This document shows positions 18,652 to 27,864 of a stretch of 64,000 bases of DNA, one piece after another. Within the stretch, counting starts at the first letter, position 1. Each line of letters opens with the position of its first letter. The stretch is from positions 62,001-126,000 of IMG/VR virus record IMGVR_UViG_3300017786_003484. The stretch is one strand, 5' to 3'. A program made the position numbers and the translations under genes. Under the pieces are notes generated by a model that was not told where the DNA came from, did no database searches, and saw only the letters and a program-made list of their open reading frames with translations.

Positions 18652-19770
18652 ATGACAAATAAAGCATTTGACGTTTCTAAGTTTCGTAAAAACTTAACAA
18701 AAGCCGTGCCTGGTATGAGTACCGGTTTTAATGATCCAAGAGATTGGATTAGTACAGGCAATTATTGCTTAAATTACCTTATGTCAGGTGATTTTACAAG
18801 AGCAGTACCCCTTGGCAAAGTAACTATGTTTGCAGGAGAATCCGGAGCAGGTAAATCTTTTATTGCTTCTGGCAACCTTGTAAAAAATGCCCAAGAACAG
18901 GATATTTTACCAGTTATCCTAGATACTGAGAACGCATTAGACGAAGATTGGTTAAAAGCATTAGGCATTAACACAGACCCAGAAAAATTAATGAGGTTTG
19001 GAGTTTCAATGGTTGATGAAGTTGCTAAATTTATCTCAGAGTTTATGAAAGCATATAAGGATGAGTATGGAGATCTTCCGTATGAAGAGCAAAAGAAGAT
19101 TATGTTTGTTGTTGATAGTGTTGGTATGCTATTAACACCCACAGATATTAATCAGTTCGAAGGCGGAGATTTAAAAGGTGATATGGGTCGTAAAGCAAAA
19201 GCACTTACGGCATTGATTAAAAATACTGTAAACCGTATTGCTCCGCATCCTGTAGGTTTAGTAGTTACTAACCATACCTATGCAAGTCAAGATATGTTTG
19301 ATCCGGACGATAAAATTACTGGTGGTGCAGGATTTGTTTATGCAAGTTCTATGGTTGTAGCAATGAAGAAGCTAAAACTTAAGGTAGATGCAGACGGCAA
19401 CAAAACATCACAAGTACATGGTATTAGAGCCGCATGTAAAATTATGAAAACAAGATATTCTAAACCTTTTGAAAGTGTACAAGTAGAAATACCGTACACA
19501 ACTGGTATGAATCCATATAGTGGACTTGTTGAATTATTTGAAGCACGTGGTTTTCTTAAGAAGGAAGGTAACAAATTAGCATACACTATGTTAAATGGTG
19601 ATATTGTTAAGGAGTTCCGTAAGCAATATACCGGAGAAGTACTAGATAAAGTAATGCAAGACGTTATCGCTCGTGGACAAGAACTAGCATATAGTGGTAC
19701 CGAGGAAGATATTATTGATCCTGATACAGGTGAGGTACTAGAAGAAGCCAACGCAGTAGCAACAGAGTAG
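18652..19770 (+). CDS. uvsX: RecA-like recombinase UvsX
   Basis: WISTGNYCLNYLMSG, FAGESGAGKS, LDTENALD, FVVDSVGML, GDMGRKAKAL, VVTNHTY, GGAGFVYASS. Confidence 0.95.
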   Translation: MTNKAFDVSKFRKNLTKAVPGMSTGFNDPRDWISTGNYCLNYLMSGDFTRAVPLGKVTMFAGESGAGKSFIASGNLVKNAQEQDILPVILDTENALDEDWLKALGINTDPEKLMRFGVSMVDEVAKFISEFMKAYKDEYGDLPYEEQKKIMFVVDSVGMLLTPTDINQFEGGDLKGDMGRKAKALTALIKNTVNRIAPHPVGLVVTNHTYASQDMFDPDDKITGGAGFVYASSMVVAMKKLKLKVDADGNKTSQVHGIRAACKIMKTRYSKPFESVQVEIPYTTGMNPYSGLVELFEARGFLKKEGNKLAYTMLNGDIVKEFRKQYTGEVLDKVMQDVIARGQELAYSGTEEDIIDPDTGEVLEEANAVATE

Positions 19771-19773
19771 AAA

Positions 19774-20202
19774 ATGAAGGATTTGATGAAAAGAATAGGT
19801 CGTTATAGACTTATTTTAGATAGAAATAGTAACGAACCTTACCTGGAAAGATACTATCTATTCTTAAAGGATCGTGTAAACTTTCCTTTTAACATCTTCC
19901 TTCATAAGTTTCTTAGAAGTGACCCGGATGATTTACACGATCATCCGTGGTCATACTTCACTCTTATTCTTAGAGGCGGATATTGGGAGCATACGTTAGA
20001 CGGAAAGTACTGGCGAGGACCAGGACACTTTAGAGTATGCAAGGCAAATAGCTATCATAGAATTGAAATAGATCCTAATGTTGATGTATGGACATTGTTT
20101 ATGCCATTTAAGCAAAAACGAGAATGGGGATTTTTAGAAAAAGGTAAGAAATGGGTGCATCACAAGACATACTTGGATAAACTTGCTAAAAAAATTAACT
20201 AA
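19774..20202 (+). CDS. Cupin-fold protein
   Basis: LHKFLRSDPDDLHDHPWSYFTLILRGGYWE ... SYHRIEI, VWTLF: metal-binding cupin H-x-H...E...H. Confidence 0.7.
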   Translation: MKDLMKRIGRYRLILDRNSNEPYLERYYLFLKDRVNFPFNIFLHKFLRSDPDDLHDHPWSYFTLILRGGYWEHTLDGKYWRGPGHFRVCKANSYHRIEIDPNVDVWTLFMPFKQKREWGFLEKGKKWVHHKTYLDKLAKKIN

Positions 20203-20244
20203 GTATAGCGACTTGGTACCAAGTTTATTATGGAGAAAAAAAAT

Positions 20245-20475
20245 ATGAGTGATAATTCAGGAGAAATGTTAGCAGAAATATGGGTAGCATTAAAACCTTA
20301 CCTTGATAAAAAAGATAGACCAGATGCCGCACAGGCATTTGTACGAGTTTCAGAAGAGTATATTAACCTAGAAATTCATAGAGAAGAACTAAACGAAGCA
20401 GGAACAGAAATTAATCATGCATTAAATGAATTACTAGGCGAAGATGATGAGGATTTTGAAGAAGAGGACTACTAA
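20245..20475 (+). CDS. Small acidic hypothetical protein
   Basis: 76 aa from ATG 20245; acidic C-terminus. Confidence 0.7.
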   Translation: MSDNSGEMLAEIWVALKPYLDKKDRPDAAQAFVRVSEEYINLEIHREELNEAGTEINHALNELLGEDDEDFEEEDY

Positions 20476-20937
20476 ATGAGTACATGGTATAGAAAAGTTC
20501 AGTCAGATATCACACATTTACCAAATTGCATAGGGCATTTTGAGAATGAGATAGCTGAAGCCCGTAAAGAGCTAAAAATGAACGGAAGTCTCGAAAAAGC
20601 AAGTAGGGAAATGCCAGGACAGGTAGAATGGAGGTTTAATCAGCTACAAGAAATTGAAGCAATTCTCGAACATTTGAATATTGAGCTTAGGAAAGTACGA
20701 TCTGCTAAATTTAGGCAGTTTACAGAGCATTACAACCGTACATTAAGCAGTCGAGACGCAGAAAAGTACACAGATGGGGAGCCAGAAGTAGCACAGATGG
20801 AGAATCTCATCAATGAATTTGCATTGTTGAGGAATAAGTTCATAGGACTTACAAAAGCCTTAGATGCAAAGTCGTTTCAGATCAATAATATTACTAAATT
20901 ACGGGTTGCTGGACTAGAAGATGTGGAATTACGTTAA
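20476..20937 (+). CDS. uvsY: Recombination mediator UvsY
   Basis: FNQLQEIEAILEHL, YNRTLSSRDAEKYTDGE, ALLRNKFIGLTKALDAKSFQINNITKLRVAGLED. Confidence 0.85.
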   Translation: MSTWYRKVQSDITHLPNCIGHFENEIAEARKELKMNGSLEKASREMPGQVEWRFNQLQEIEAILEHLNIELRKVRSAKFRQFTEHYNRTLSSRDAEKYTDGEPEVAQMENLINEFALLRNKFIGLTKALDAKSFQINNITKLRVAGLEDVELR

Positions 20938-20993
20938 GTCATTGAATAATAACACAAATCTTTTTTTCAAAATCGTTTAAAATCAATGACTTA
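20935..20993. repeat. 11-bp inverted repeat upstream of tandem early promoters
   Basis: TAAGTCATTGA (20935-20945) and TCAATGACTTA (20983-20993). Confidence 0.75.
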
Positions 20994-21009
20994 GTGGTCC
21001 ATAAAAAGG

Positions 21010-21137
21010 TTGACCTTATGGTCCTTTTGTCTTATACTGTATAGACAATGAGGAAACAGATGGTACATACAGTAATAAAAAAAAGTTACAAAAAAGACAA
21101 AATAAAGGTTGACCTTTGGTCCGTTTTGTCTTATACT
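21010..21137 (+). promoter_or_regulatory. Two near-identical tandem sigma70-type early promoters
   Basis: TTGACC-17-TATACT at 21010-21038 and at 21109-21137; both read AAAGGTTGACCTT(A)TGGTCC(G)TTTTGTCTTATACTGTA. Confidence 0.8.
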
Positions 21138-21181
21138 GTAAGTACAATAAGAGTTCAACCACGCGAAACGAAGGAAAATTA

Positions 21182-22213
21182 ATGTCAGCTTTTATAAAAA
21201 TTACAAATGGTAAGTATCGCACTTTTACAGTACATAACAAGGTACTGCAATTGGTAGCAGATTACAACGAAAAAGGCGGTTATGTAACTGTCGTTGCAGA
21301 TGACTCCTTTGGTGAGTTTGCAGATAAACAAATCCGTGTTAAAGTTAAAAGCATGGAAGATATTACTCCTGCTAATGCTGGTGAAGCATTTAACAAGGAT
21401 GATACTCCTATTAAAGAAGTACATGATGCAGAATATGATGCAAAACGTTTAGAAGAAATTGCAGAACGTTTTGAGATTCTAGAAGATATGACTGATGCCG
21501 CTATTGAAGGTACAGTTCGTGCAATGATTGTTGTAGGACCTCCAGGTGTTGGTAAGTCTTTTGGTGTTGAACGTACTCTTGAAAAAGCGGCTATGTTTGA
21601 TAAAATTGCAAATATGGCTCCTCGTTTTGAGGTTGTTAAAGGTGCAATGAGTCCGATCGGTTTGTATTGTAAATTGTATCAGTATTCAGGTGCTGGTAAT
21701 GTGCTAGTATTTGATGACTGTGATAGTGTTTTAATGGACGATTTGTCCTTGAACATTCTTAAAGCGGCTTTGGATAGTTCTAAGAAACGTATTATTTGCT
21801 GGAATACAGATTCTGCAATGTTACGTCGTGAAGGTGTTCCAGATCGTTTTGAATTTAAAGGTAGTGCTATCTTTATTACTAACATTAAATTTGATAATGT
21901 ACGAAGTGCAAAACTTAAAGATCACCTTAGTGCTCTTGAGTCACGTTGTCACTATTTGGATCTTACACTTGATTCAGCATATGACAAGATGCTTCGTATC
22001 AAGCAAATAATGAGAGATGGTATGCTTAACTCATACAACTTCTCAGAAGAAGAAAACAAAATCATTTATGATTATGTTGAAACCAACCAGGACAGGCTCC
22101 GTGAGCTTTCACTTCGTACAGTGATTAAGGTTGCAGACCTTTGCAAGATGACTGGTATAGATGGTAAATGGAAAAGGCTTGCAGAAACCACAGTAATGAA
22201 ACGAAGCTTCTAA
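21182..22213 (+). CDS. AAA+ ATPase with N-terminal accessory domain
   Basis: IVVGPPGVGKS Walker A, LVFDDCD Walker B, IFITN sensor, ALESRCH Arg finger; start at ATG 21182. Confidence 0.85.
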   Translation: MSAFIKITNGKYRTFTVHNKVLQLVADYNEKGGYVTVVADDSFGEFADKQIRVKVKSMEDITPANAGEAFNKDDTPIKEVHDAEYDAKRLEEIAERFEILEDMTDAAIEGTVRAMIVVGPPGVGKSFGVERTLEKAAMFDKIANMAPRFEVVKGAMSPIGLYCKLYQYSGAGNVLVFDDCDSVLMDDLSLNILKAALDSSKKRIICWNTDSAMLRREGVPDRFEFKGSAIFITNIKFDNVRSAKLKDHLSALESRCHYLDLTLDSAYDKMLRIKQIMRDGMLNSYNFSEEENKIIYDYVETNQDRLRELSLRTVIKVADLCKMTGIDGKWKRLAETTVMKRSF

Positions 22214-22224
22214 AGGAGGTATAA

Positions 22225-22662
22225 ATGTTTAAGAAATCACTTTTAACTATTGCTACACTAGCCCTTGTAAGTACAGGTGCTAGTGCGGCTGAGAAAATGG
22301 AGGTAAAGTACAAGGATAAGGTTTGGAAAACTGTAGTCGCTACTGATTCGATGTCCGATTCTTCTTATTGTAAAGTTACCTCGGTTAAGCGAAAACATAT
22401 TACTGCAAATCCTAGTATGGTTTATGTTAACACAAAAACCAATGGAATTGTAAGTTATCAGATACGTTTAGATAGTAATCCGGCACTACCAAAGCAGACT
22501 TCTACGGTGCTAGAACGTGATACTGGATTTATTATGATCCCGTCTACCACTTATATTGGTAAGAGTAGAATGAGGATTGTAGGTACTTCGGTTAAAGGTA
22601 AGTCTATATTCGAAGATGTAGATTTGCAGTCATTGAATATGGCAACAAAGGCTTGCCTATAA
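22225..22662 (+). CDS. Exported hypothetical protein
   Basis: Signal peptide MFKKSLLTIATLALVSTGASA; SD AGGAGG. Confidence 0.7.
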   Translation: MFKKSLLTIATLALVSTGASAAEKMEVKYKDKVWKTVVATDSMSDSSYCKVTSVKRKHITANPSMVYVNTKTNGIVSYQIRLDSNPALPKQTSTVLERDTGFIMIPSTTYIGKSRMRIVGTSVKGKSIFEDVDLQSLNMATKACL

Positions 22663-22701
22663 AGAATATAGGTGTTGACATTCGCGTGGTGGCACCTATT
22701 A

Positions 22702-22729
22702 GTACCCTCCTTCGGGAGGGTACCTTTTT
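22702..22729 (+). terminator. Intrinsic terminator with UUCG tetraloop
   Basis: GTACCCTCC-TTCG-GGAGGGTAC followed by a T-tract. Confidence 0.9.
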
Positions 22730-22748
22730 AATTCGGTAAACAAGAACA

Positions 22749-22777
22749 TTGACTTTTAAGTCGTTTGAAAGTATACT
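22749..22777 (+). promoter_or_regulatory. Sigma70 promoter giving a probably leaderless uvsW mRNA
   Basis: TTGACT-17-TATACT, then 6 nt, then ATG 22784; no SD. Confidence 0.7.
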
Positions 22778-22783
22778 ATTAAT

Positions 22784-24238
22784 ATGTCAGGAATATGTAC
22801 ATTAGAAATAAGAGATGAGGTAAACGTTCGTTTTCACGAGCTATCGCCGAGTACTCGACGATCGTGTGAAGCAAAATTAAAATATATGTTGCCTTATGCA
22901 TATCATGTACCAGCCTACAGGCTAGGAAGATGGGATGGTAAGATTGGATTTTTTACAGCCGCTGGATCAACGTATTTGAATTTGCTTGATCGAGTTTTAC
23001 CTATATTAGATAACGAAGGCTGGAGTGTTGAGCTTGTTGATAACAGAATTAAACATAGTTTCGAGTTTGAGCAAGTTACCGAAGACACTTTTTCTGGCAT
23101 TACTTGGCCTAAAGGACATGTTGCAGAAGGACAATCTATTAAACTTAGAGATTACCAGATAGAATGTATTAATAGGTTCCTTGCTAACCCGCATGGTGTA
23201 CAAGAAATAGCAACAGGTGCAGGTAAGACATTAATGACAGCCGCATTGAGCTTAATGTGCGAGCCTTACGGTAGAACGTTGGTAATTGTACCTAACAAAG
23301 ATTTAGTTAAGCAGACTCAAGAAGATTATATTAATTTAGGTTTAGATGTTGGTGTATTTTTTGGTGATGAAAAGGATGCAAATCATAAACATGTTATTGC
23401 TACATGGCAAAGCATAAATTCTTTAATTAAAAGATATAAAGATGGTAAGAGTAATGTTAGTATTGATATCTTAACAGATGATTTAATTTGTGTTATGGTA
23501 GACGAAGTACACATGGCAAAAGCAGATGTACTTCGTACAATGCTAACAGGTCCTTTTGCAAATATTCCTATTAGGTGGGGTTTAACAGGTACAATACCTA
23601 AAGAAGAACACGAATATATTAGTTTAATTTGTAGCCTAGGTGGAGTATTACATAGGCTACAGGCAAGCGAACTTCAAGATAAAGGTGTTCTGTCAAATTG
23701 CAATGTTAAGATATTGCAATATCAAGATAGTGTTGAATATAATAACTATCAAGAAGAACTGTCGTTTCTTACTACTAACAAGGAACGTATGACAGAGATA
23801 GCAAAGAAGATGGATACGATTAGTGATACAGGAAATACGTTGATATTAGTAGATCGGATTAAAACAGGTCAGATGCTAGAAGAAATGCTACCTGATTGTG
23901 TATTTGTATCTGGATCAATGAAAAGTAAAGATCGTAAAGCAGAATATAATGAAGTGCAGACACTAGACAATAAGATTATTGTTGCAACATACGGAGTTGC
24001 AAGTGTAGGCATTAATATACCTCGTATTTTTAACCTAGTATTAGTAGAACCGGGTAAGAGCTTTGTAAGAACTATTCAAAGTATAGGTAGAGGTATAAGA
24101 AAAGCAGAAGACAAGGACTTTGTACAGATATGGGATATTACTAGCAATGCAAAGTTCTCAAAAAGGCATCTAGGAAAACGAAAGAAGTTTTACGACGAAG
24201 CAAATTACCCACACGAAACACAGAAGGTAAAATATTAA
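22784..24238 (+). CDS. uvsW: SF2 DNA helicase UvsW
   Basis: LRDYQ Q-motif, ATGAGKT, MVDEVH, GLTGT, ATYGVASVGINIPRI, QSIGRGIRK. Confidence 0.92.
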   Translation: MSGICTLEIRDEVNVRFHELSPSTRRSCEAKLKYMLPYAYHVPAYRLGRWDGKIGFFTAAGSTYLNLLDRVLPILDNEGWSVELVDNRIKHSFEFEQVTEDTFSGITWPKGHVAEGQSIKLRDYQIECINRFLANPHGVQEIATGAGKTLMTAALSLMCEPYGRTLVIVPNKDLVKQTQEDYINLGLDVGVFFGDEKDANHKHVIATWQSINSLIKRYKDGKSNVSIDILTDDLICVMVDEVHMAKADVLRTMLTGPFANIPIRWGLTGTIPKEEHEYISLICSLGGVLHRLQASELQDKGVLSNCNVKILQYQDSVEYNNYQEELSFLTTNKERMTEIAKKMDTISDTGNTLILVDRIKTGQMLEEMLPDCVFVSGSMKSKDRKAEYNEVQTLDNKIIVATYGVASVGINIPRIFNLVLVEPGKSFVRTIQSIGRGIRKAEDKDFVQIWDITSNAKFSKRHLGKRKKFYDEANYPHETQKVKY

Positions 24239-24744
24239 TGAACATTTTAACAGTAGACAATGAAACATATGATTTAGATAGACTTCCAACTGAAGTAGAC
24301 GGAGATTTAAGGTATAGTGTATTAGATTATAGCAATGCCCAGGATGTAGACTATCTCTTTATACCTTTGGTATTCTTAGAAAGTTTTTCTTGCCCAGCCG
24401 CCGTGCTAAGGATTGGAGAAGCTGAAATTAAAATGCCATTAGACTGGAGTCTAATTATAGGAGAACCAGATCACGGAGAACCTGAGATTGTAAATATAAT
24501 GAGTTTGAATGACAGAGGCTTTAATGCATTTGAGTTTAATCCAGTAACTGGGTATAAGGCAAATTGGGTTCCGGTAGAAATTGTAAATGTATACCAAGAA
24601 GTAAAATGGTATGTTCCTAAATTAAAGTTTGGTCATATTTTGACTGTACCATTGAACTCTGGTAAAGGATCTCCTTGTACATTTTTTCTCAAAGAGTCAA
24701 CAAAGGTTCCTGAAGTACTTGACCTTAACAAGATTTGGTTTTAA
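24238..24744 (+). CDS. Hypothetical beta-rich protein, possible degenerate Hint-like fold
   Basis: 168 aa coupled to uvsW; strand pattern IKMPLDWSLII...EIVNIMSL...VEIVNVYQEVKWYVPKL. Confidence 0.55.
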   Translation: MNILTVDNETYDLDRLPTEVDGDLRYSVLDYSNAQDVDYLFIPLVFLESFSCPAAVLRIGEAEIKMPLDWSLIIGEPDHGEPEIVNIMSLNDRGFNAFEFNPVTGYKANWVPVEIVNVYQEVKWYVPKLKFGHILTVPLNSGKGSPCTFFLKESTKVPEVLDLNKIWF

Positions 24745-24752
24745 ATAGTATT

Positions 24753-25238
24753 ATGCCAGCAAAGAAAAAAGCATCAGCAGTACATAAAGTTAATATACAT
24801 GAGATAATGAATGCAATTGATTATCGTAATGGCAATTATTATACTGACTTAGATGATGAAAGTAAGAAGTCTGTTAGTACATATATGGCACAACGTTGGG
24901 CGAGCCAGGTACAAGGATCGCAGGAAATACAGGAACATTACTTGCTAATGGTTAACGATTTAAGCAATATTGATTATATTGCAACTACTAGCGGACATGA
25001 AGAATTACGTTATAGAGTTTTAGCATTGATTGGATTGGGACAAAAATTAAGGCATGAATTTGTTCCGCCTAAAGGAGCAAAAAAAGATAAACTCAGAGAA
25101 TGGCTTTTAGAGTTATTGCCTCATTGTAATGATGACGAGGTAGAATTGTTTAGAGAAATTAACGACTCATCGGTTCTACAGGATATTGCAACGGCTAAAA
25201 ACACGCCAGATAAAAAGTTAAAGGATTTGTTTAAATAA
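24753..25238 (+). CDS. Possible clamp-loader small subunit (gp62-like)
   Basis: IMNAIDY..YMAQRWAS..LLMVND..RYRVLALIG.GQKLRHEF helical pattern resembles T4 gp62; replication context. Confidence 0.45.
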   Translation: MPAKKKASAVHKVNIHEIMNAIDYRNGNYYTDLDDESKKSVSTYMAQRWASQVQGSQEIQEHYLLMVNDLSNIDYIATTSGHEELRYRVLALIGLGQKLRHEFVPPKGAKKDKLREWLLELLPHCNDDEVELFREINDSSVLQDIATAKNTPDKKLKDLFK

Positions 25239-25240
25239 GC

Positions 25241-25912
25241 ATGGGAAACGAATATCAGTGTAAATACTGTATGAAGAAGTTTGCTAGGGAACGTACTCTA
25301 TCAAGCCATATGTGTGAAAAGAAAAGAAGGTGGATGTCAATAGATGAACCTTCATCTAGAATTGCTTTTCAAGTTTGGTACGACTTCATGAAGTATGTTG
25401 CTCCACAGACAAAGAAGGAAAGAAGCACAGACGATTTTATTCGTAGCCCAGATTATATAGGTTTTGTAAAGTTTGCTAATTACATTATAGAACTTAGACC
25501 CAATGAAACAAATAAATTTATTAAATGGTTGTTTAAGCATAGTGTTAAACTTAGTAACTGGAATAAGAGAGAAACGTATTCTCTTTATATACAAGAAAGT
25601 AGTAAGACTGAAACGGTTGAACGAGCAGTAGAACGCATGGTGTTGTTAATGAAGTCATGGAGCGAAGAAACCGGAAATTCTTGGGAACAATACTTCCAGG
25701 AGGTACCAACAGCAACAGCCGTGAATTCGATAGTCATGGGAAGAATTAGTCCTTGGATCATATATTCGTCTAAGTCTGCACAAGATTTATTAGATAGAAT
25801 GGAACCAGGACAATTAGAGACGATAACAGGGAGCATAGACACAGAATGGTGGACAAGAAAAATCCAAAAGAGCCAGACGGAAGTGACTTGGTGCAACAAA
25901 ATTTTGAATTAA
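25241..25912 (+). CDS. Zinc-finger-containing hypothetical protein
   Basis: N-terminal YQCKYCMKKFARERTLSSHMC C2H/C motif. Confidence 0.7.
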   Translation: MGNEYQCKYCMKKFARERTLSSHMCEKKRRWMSIDEPSSRIAFQVWYDFMKYVAPQTKKERSTDDFIRSPDYIGFVKFANYIIELRPNETNKFIKWLFKHSVKLSNWNKRETYSLYIQESSKTETVERAVERMVLLMKSWSEETGNSWEQYFQEVPTATAVNSIVMGRISPWIIYSSKSAQDLLDRMEPGQLETITGSIDTEWWTRKIQKSQTEVTWCNKILN

Positions 25913-26055
25913 AACAACATGTTGATAATTTAGAAAAGCTAGAAACTAGAATTATGCTTTTTGACGAAAAACTTAGTTTATTAGCAAAAGAAATGATTGA
26001 TATGAAGAACAGACAAGAAGAGCTAATACAGATTATTAAGCAGGGATTAAGATGA
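25846..26055 (+). CDS. Small coiled-coil hypothetical protein
   Basis: 69 aa, heptad-like, overlaps flanking genes. Confidence 0.45.
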   Translation: MVDKKNPKEPDGSDLVQQNFELKQHVDNLEKLETRIMLFDEKLSLLAKEMIDMKNRQEELIQIIKQGLR

Positions 26056-26636
26056 GTAGGCCAGACGTAGATATCGACTTTGGTAACCGAGAAGAATTAT
26101 TGCATATACTAGATGGAGTTCCTGCGATGATTTCTACTAACCAAGGTGCAACTAAACATAAGACTGGAGTATACTTTCATCCAGTTTCAGTTGATCCATT
26201 TACTGGTTGGTGCAACCTAGATCATAAAGAAGCAGAAGATGTAGGGTTCTTTAAGTTAGACTTGCTTAATGTAAGTTTTTATTCTAAAGTAAAAGATAAA
26301 GAACAGTTAGATAAATTAATTGCTAAGGAGCCTATTTGGGAGTTATTAACACATGATGATTTTTCTAGTCAGCTCTTGCATGTCAACGGACACGGAGATA
26401 TACTTCGTGCAACAACTCCAACTTCTATTGAACAATTAGCCGCAGTATTAGCAATGATACGTCCTGCAAAACGTTATCTTATAAACAAGAATTGGGATAC
26501 TATAATGAAAGAGGTTTGGGTAAAACCTAAAACCGATGAATATTTCTTTAAGAAATCTCATGCAACAGCCTATGCTATTATGATTGTAGCACAGATGAAT
26601 CTACTATGCGAAGAACTAACTAATCCATCTTCTTAA
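26052..26636 (+). CDS. dnaE: Miniature family C DNA polymerase (DnaE palm/finger core only)
   Basis: PDVDIDF, HKTGVY, FFKLDLLNV, LAMIRPA and YFFKKSHATAYA are DnaE motifs, all within 194 aa. Confidence 0.85.
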   Translation: MSRPDVDIDFGNREELLHILDGVPAMISTNQGATKHKTGVYFHPVSVDPFTGWCNLDHKEAEDVGFFKLDLLNVSFYSKVKDKEQLDKLIAKEPIWELLTHDDFSSQLLHVNGHGDILRATTPTSIEQLAAVLAMIRPAKRYLINKNWDTIMKEVWVKPKTDEYFFKKSHATAYAIMIVAQMNLLCEELTNPSS

Positions 26637-26994
26637 CAAGACTAATTTGACGTCTTTTAGTTCTTTTTACAATTACATTTTCTAAACTAGTTAAATGTCC
26701 AGCCAACATTTCAAAATCTTTGGTGGCATATGTTTGTAAGCAATATGAAAAGTTTTTCATTGTAGTTCTAAGAACAATATTAATTGGTAGTAACCGATTA
26801 CTTCCCCACCACCATTCTTCACCTGCTTCAATAAATGCTAATTTCTCTTCTGATGTTTTTAAAAGGTCATACCGGTATACTGTAACAACAGTATTATCGC
26901 TATTTTGTATGATTCCGACAATTTCCTTATCTGCATAGCGAACTAAACTCATAAAAGGGAATTCTTCTAAAAATTGCTGTATTTTTGTATCCAT
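26620..26994 (-). CDS. Hypothetical protein
   Basis: Likely start ATG 26994 (MDTKIQQFLEEFPF), TAAATA on - strand at 27006-27011. Confidence 0.7.
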   Translation of the reverse strand: MDTKIQQFLEEFPFMSLVRYADKEIVGIIQNSDNTVVTVYRYDLLKTSEEKLAFIEAGEEWWWGSNRLLPINIVLRTTMKNFSYCLQTYATKDFEMLAGHLTSLENVIVKRTKRRQISLVKKMD

Positions 26995-27056
26995 ATTACT
27001 ACTTCTATTTAGTAGGAGGACCAGCCGGTTGTTTGTCGTAACTGATAAATAAACAT

Positions 27057-27863
27057 ATGGGAACATTAAACTCAACAGTCGCGAAAGCAAACTTAAACTA
27101 TGCAGGTGCTGGAACCGGTGCTTCGTTAACAAGACATCATGCTTCTTATACAGATAGAACTATTAGGTGGTTTCAAGGAGTTGATAATCTATTAGATTTA
27201 ACAATTTCTGGTAGTGATAGACGACCATTAAGTCTGCTACACAAAGAAGTCATGCTTATCCTATGGGATAACTACACCAGCACAACTATATTTAAAAGAC
27301 GTGCAATTCCAACAGTAGCAGAAAACGGAGAAGCAAGATTAACCATTTATGCAAGAGATTTAATGACCTCACCACCAGGACGTTATATGTTAAGTGCTAC
27401 AATAGTAGACGGTAGAGGTCTTGAAACAGCATTAACATGGGATCGTTCACAACGGGCTCATTGGGACGTTGAAATTATGGAGGCAGTAGTGCCAATAGGT
27501 AGATCTACCTTTGAAATTACAGAATGGCCTCAAGCAGTAACAGGAACAGATTCGTTTGCAAGTTCATCTACAAACGGTCCATCATATTATAGAAAAGATA
27601 CCAGTCTATTTTCATCAGCAATATATGCAAGTAACTTTACTGGAACAGTTATACTTCAAGGTACTTTAGATGATGTAATCACTGAAGATACTTTATGGGC
27701 AGATTTGGTTCCTCAAGATTCAAACACTCCGATAATTACATATACAGGATTCACAGGAATTGATCCATTCAATTATTATGCAGGCGTAAGATGGCTTCGT
27801 ACAATAATCACAACAGATGTCACTAATGCTGGTACATTAGATAAAATCCTAATTAGAGTATAA
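27057..27863 (+). CDS. Probable virion structural protein (Ig/BppU-like beta domains)
   Basis: Beta-rich, NLLDLTI..D..PL.L ... GEARLTI...L....GRY pattern; TAAATA at 27046-27051. Confidence 0.5.
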   Translation: MGTLNSTVAKANLNYAGAGTGASLTRHHASYTDRTIRWFQGVDNLLDLTISGSDRRPLSLLHKEVMLILWDNYTSTTIFKRRAIPTVAENGEARLTIYARDLMTSPPGRYMLSATIVDGRGLETALTWDRSQRAHWDVEIMEAVVPIGRSTFEITEWPQAVTGTDSFASSSTNGPSYYRKDTSLFSSAIYASNFTGTVILQGTLDDVITEDTLWADLVPQDSNTPIITYTGFTGIDPFNYYAGVRWLRTIITTDVTNAGTLDKILIRV

Positions 27864-27864
27864 A

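Noticed and set aside
22669-22700. Extra hairpin and TTGACA just before the UUCG terminator, as a separate sRNA or promoter
   Set aside because: No proper -10 at 17 nt, and the hairpin is weak; best explained as 3' UTR structure.
26995-27132. Track's long N-terminus for the 26620 ORF (similarly 10970, 15708, 21116, 31134, 50178, 60469)
   Set aside because: The extensions overlap neighbouring genes or promoters; downstream ATGs fit promoter or SD positions better.
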